Below are positions 37,291-37,955 of a DNA stretch of 37,955 bases, in pieces (the first letter of the stretch is position 1; every line of letters begins with the position of its first letter). Origin of the DNA: Clostridia bacterium (GTDB lineage: Bacteria > Bacillota > Clostridia > JBAXOJ01). The notes under the pieces are model-generated. The model ran no database searches. It was not told the DNA's origin and saw only the letters and a program-made list of their open reading frames with translations. The DNA lies in NCBI GenBank assembly GCA_037133315.1, contig JBAXOJ010000003.1:1-37955 (forward strand). Reading direction: 5' to 3'. The translations under genes were made by a program, and so were the position numbers.

Positions 37291-37320
37291 TCCTGCACCC
37301 CCTTTAATCGGAATCGATAC

Positions 37321-37357
37321 CCACTTTTCACCACTGTCTTACACTTTTCACCACTTT
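37321..37357 (-). promoter_or_regulatory. Four MraZ-binding repeats
   Basis: Minus strand AAAGTGGTGA AAAGTGTAAG ACAGTGGTGA AAAGTGGG: 10-bp period, directly upstream of mraZ. Confidence 0.85.
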
Positions 37358-37363
37358 GTGACT

Positions 37364-37392
37364 ATAATAATCCTATTTCATATAAAAATCAA
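37364..37392 (-). promoter_or_regulatory. SigA-type promoter of the dcw operon
   Basis: TTGATT-N17-TATTAT just upstream of the MraZ boxes. Confidence 0.55.
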
Positions 37393-37413
37393 TAGTTTTT
37401 TAAAAATTTTCTA

Positions 37414-37452
37414 CAAAATAAAAGCCGTTGTGTGAAAAATCAACACAACGGC
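37414..37452 (-). terminator. Intrinsic terminator after rodA
   Basis: GCCGTTGTGT/ACACAACGGC stem, then TTTTATTTT on the minus strand. Confidence 0.75.
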
Positions 37453-37475
37453 ACATAAAAGCACAAGATATAGTT

Positions 37476-37955
37476 TTAGAACGGATCTCGTTTTCTCATT
37501 GATACGCTTAAAATGATGCCAACCGCAATAAACACCGTCAACATCGAACTATTCCCCAAACTAAAATAAGGCAACGGGATACCAGTAATGGGTAGCAACC
37601 CTAAATTCATCCCAATATTCTCAATAAAATGGAATCCCAGCATGCCTGTGATGCCTGCAATCAAAAGCGTCCCATAATTGTCTCGCGCACGTTGCGCAAC
37701 ATAAATACAGCGAATCAATAACAAAACAAACAACACAATGATGATAGAAGAACCGATAAATCCAAGTTCCTCGCCGCTCACAGTAAAAATAAAATCAGAC
37801 TCCTTGATCGGCACCATCCCTTTTAAATTTTGCGGCCCCCCGAAGAGCCCCTTCCCCAGAAGCCCACCCGAACCAATTGCGGTTTTAGCGCGGATGATTT
37901 GATAGGCCGAGTCATCCGTAACCGTGGCTGGATTGAAAAATGCCAGGATGCGCTC
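37476..37955 (-). CDS. rodA: RodA-like SEDS protein (3' part; 5' end outside the window)
   Basis: The frame continues upstream of the listed ORF (AYQIIRAKTAIGSGGLLGKG); ESDFIFTV.GEELGF, ENIGM, PITGIPLP. Confidence 0.85.
   Translation of the reverse strand, partial: ERILAFFNPATVTDDSAYQIIRAKTAIGSGGLLGKGLFGGPQNLKGMVPIKESDFIFTVSGEELGFIGSSIIIVLFVLLLIRCIYVAQRARDNYGTLLIAGITGMLGFHFIENIGMNLGLLPITGIPLPYFSLGNSSMLTVFIAVGIILSVSMRKRDPF

Overview
Window from a Firmicute (Clostridia-like) chromosome, mostly housekeeping genes on the minus strand: dprA/comM, a 7TM-PAS-GGDEF-HD-GYP protein, transporters (Rh-type ammonia channel, PiT/DUF47, ActP/DUF485), nrdR, ftsZ-ftsA-sbp-divIB, rpmB, nth, htrA with an OmpR-type two-component system, ychF, coaE, polA, and the upper dcw cluster (mraZ-rsmH-ftsL-PBP-murE-murF-mraY-ftsW-murG) plus the 3' part of rodA. 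The most unusual part is 21.4-27.1 kb. It holds a divergent REP-associated HUH/Y1 tyrosine transposase (RAYT)-like gene with a putative C-terminal HTH and a probable ATT start, followed by four 27-bp REP-like repeats. It also holds a ~690-bp nested quasi-palindromic repeat element between convergent ychF and coaE, an AT-rich membrane segment fused in frame to CoaE, and a GC peak centred on this locus. Other notable items are a dual-hairpin ANTAR RNA motif over the ribosome-binding site of the Rh-type channel and a cryptic Lys/Arg-rich repeat reading frame after rsmH. I recognised no rRNA, tRNA or CRISPR array. All calls come from reading motifs by eye; no database searches were run.
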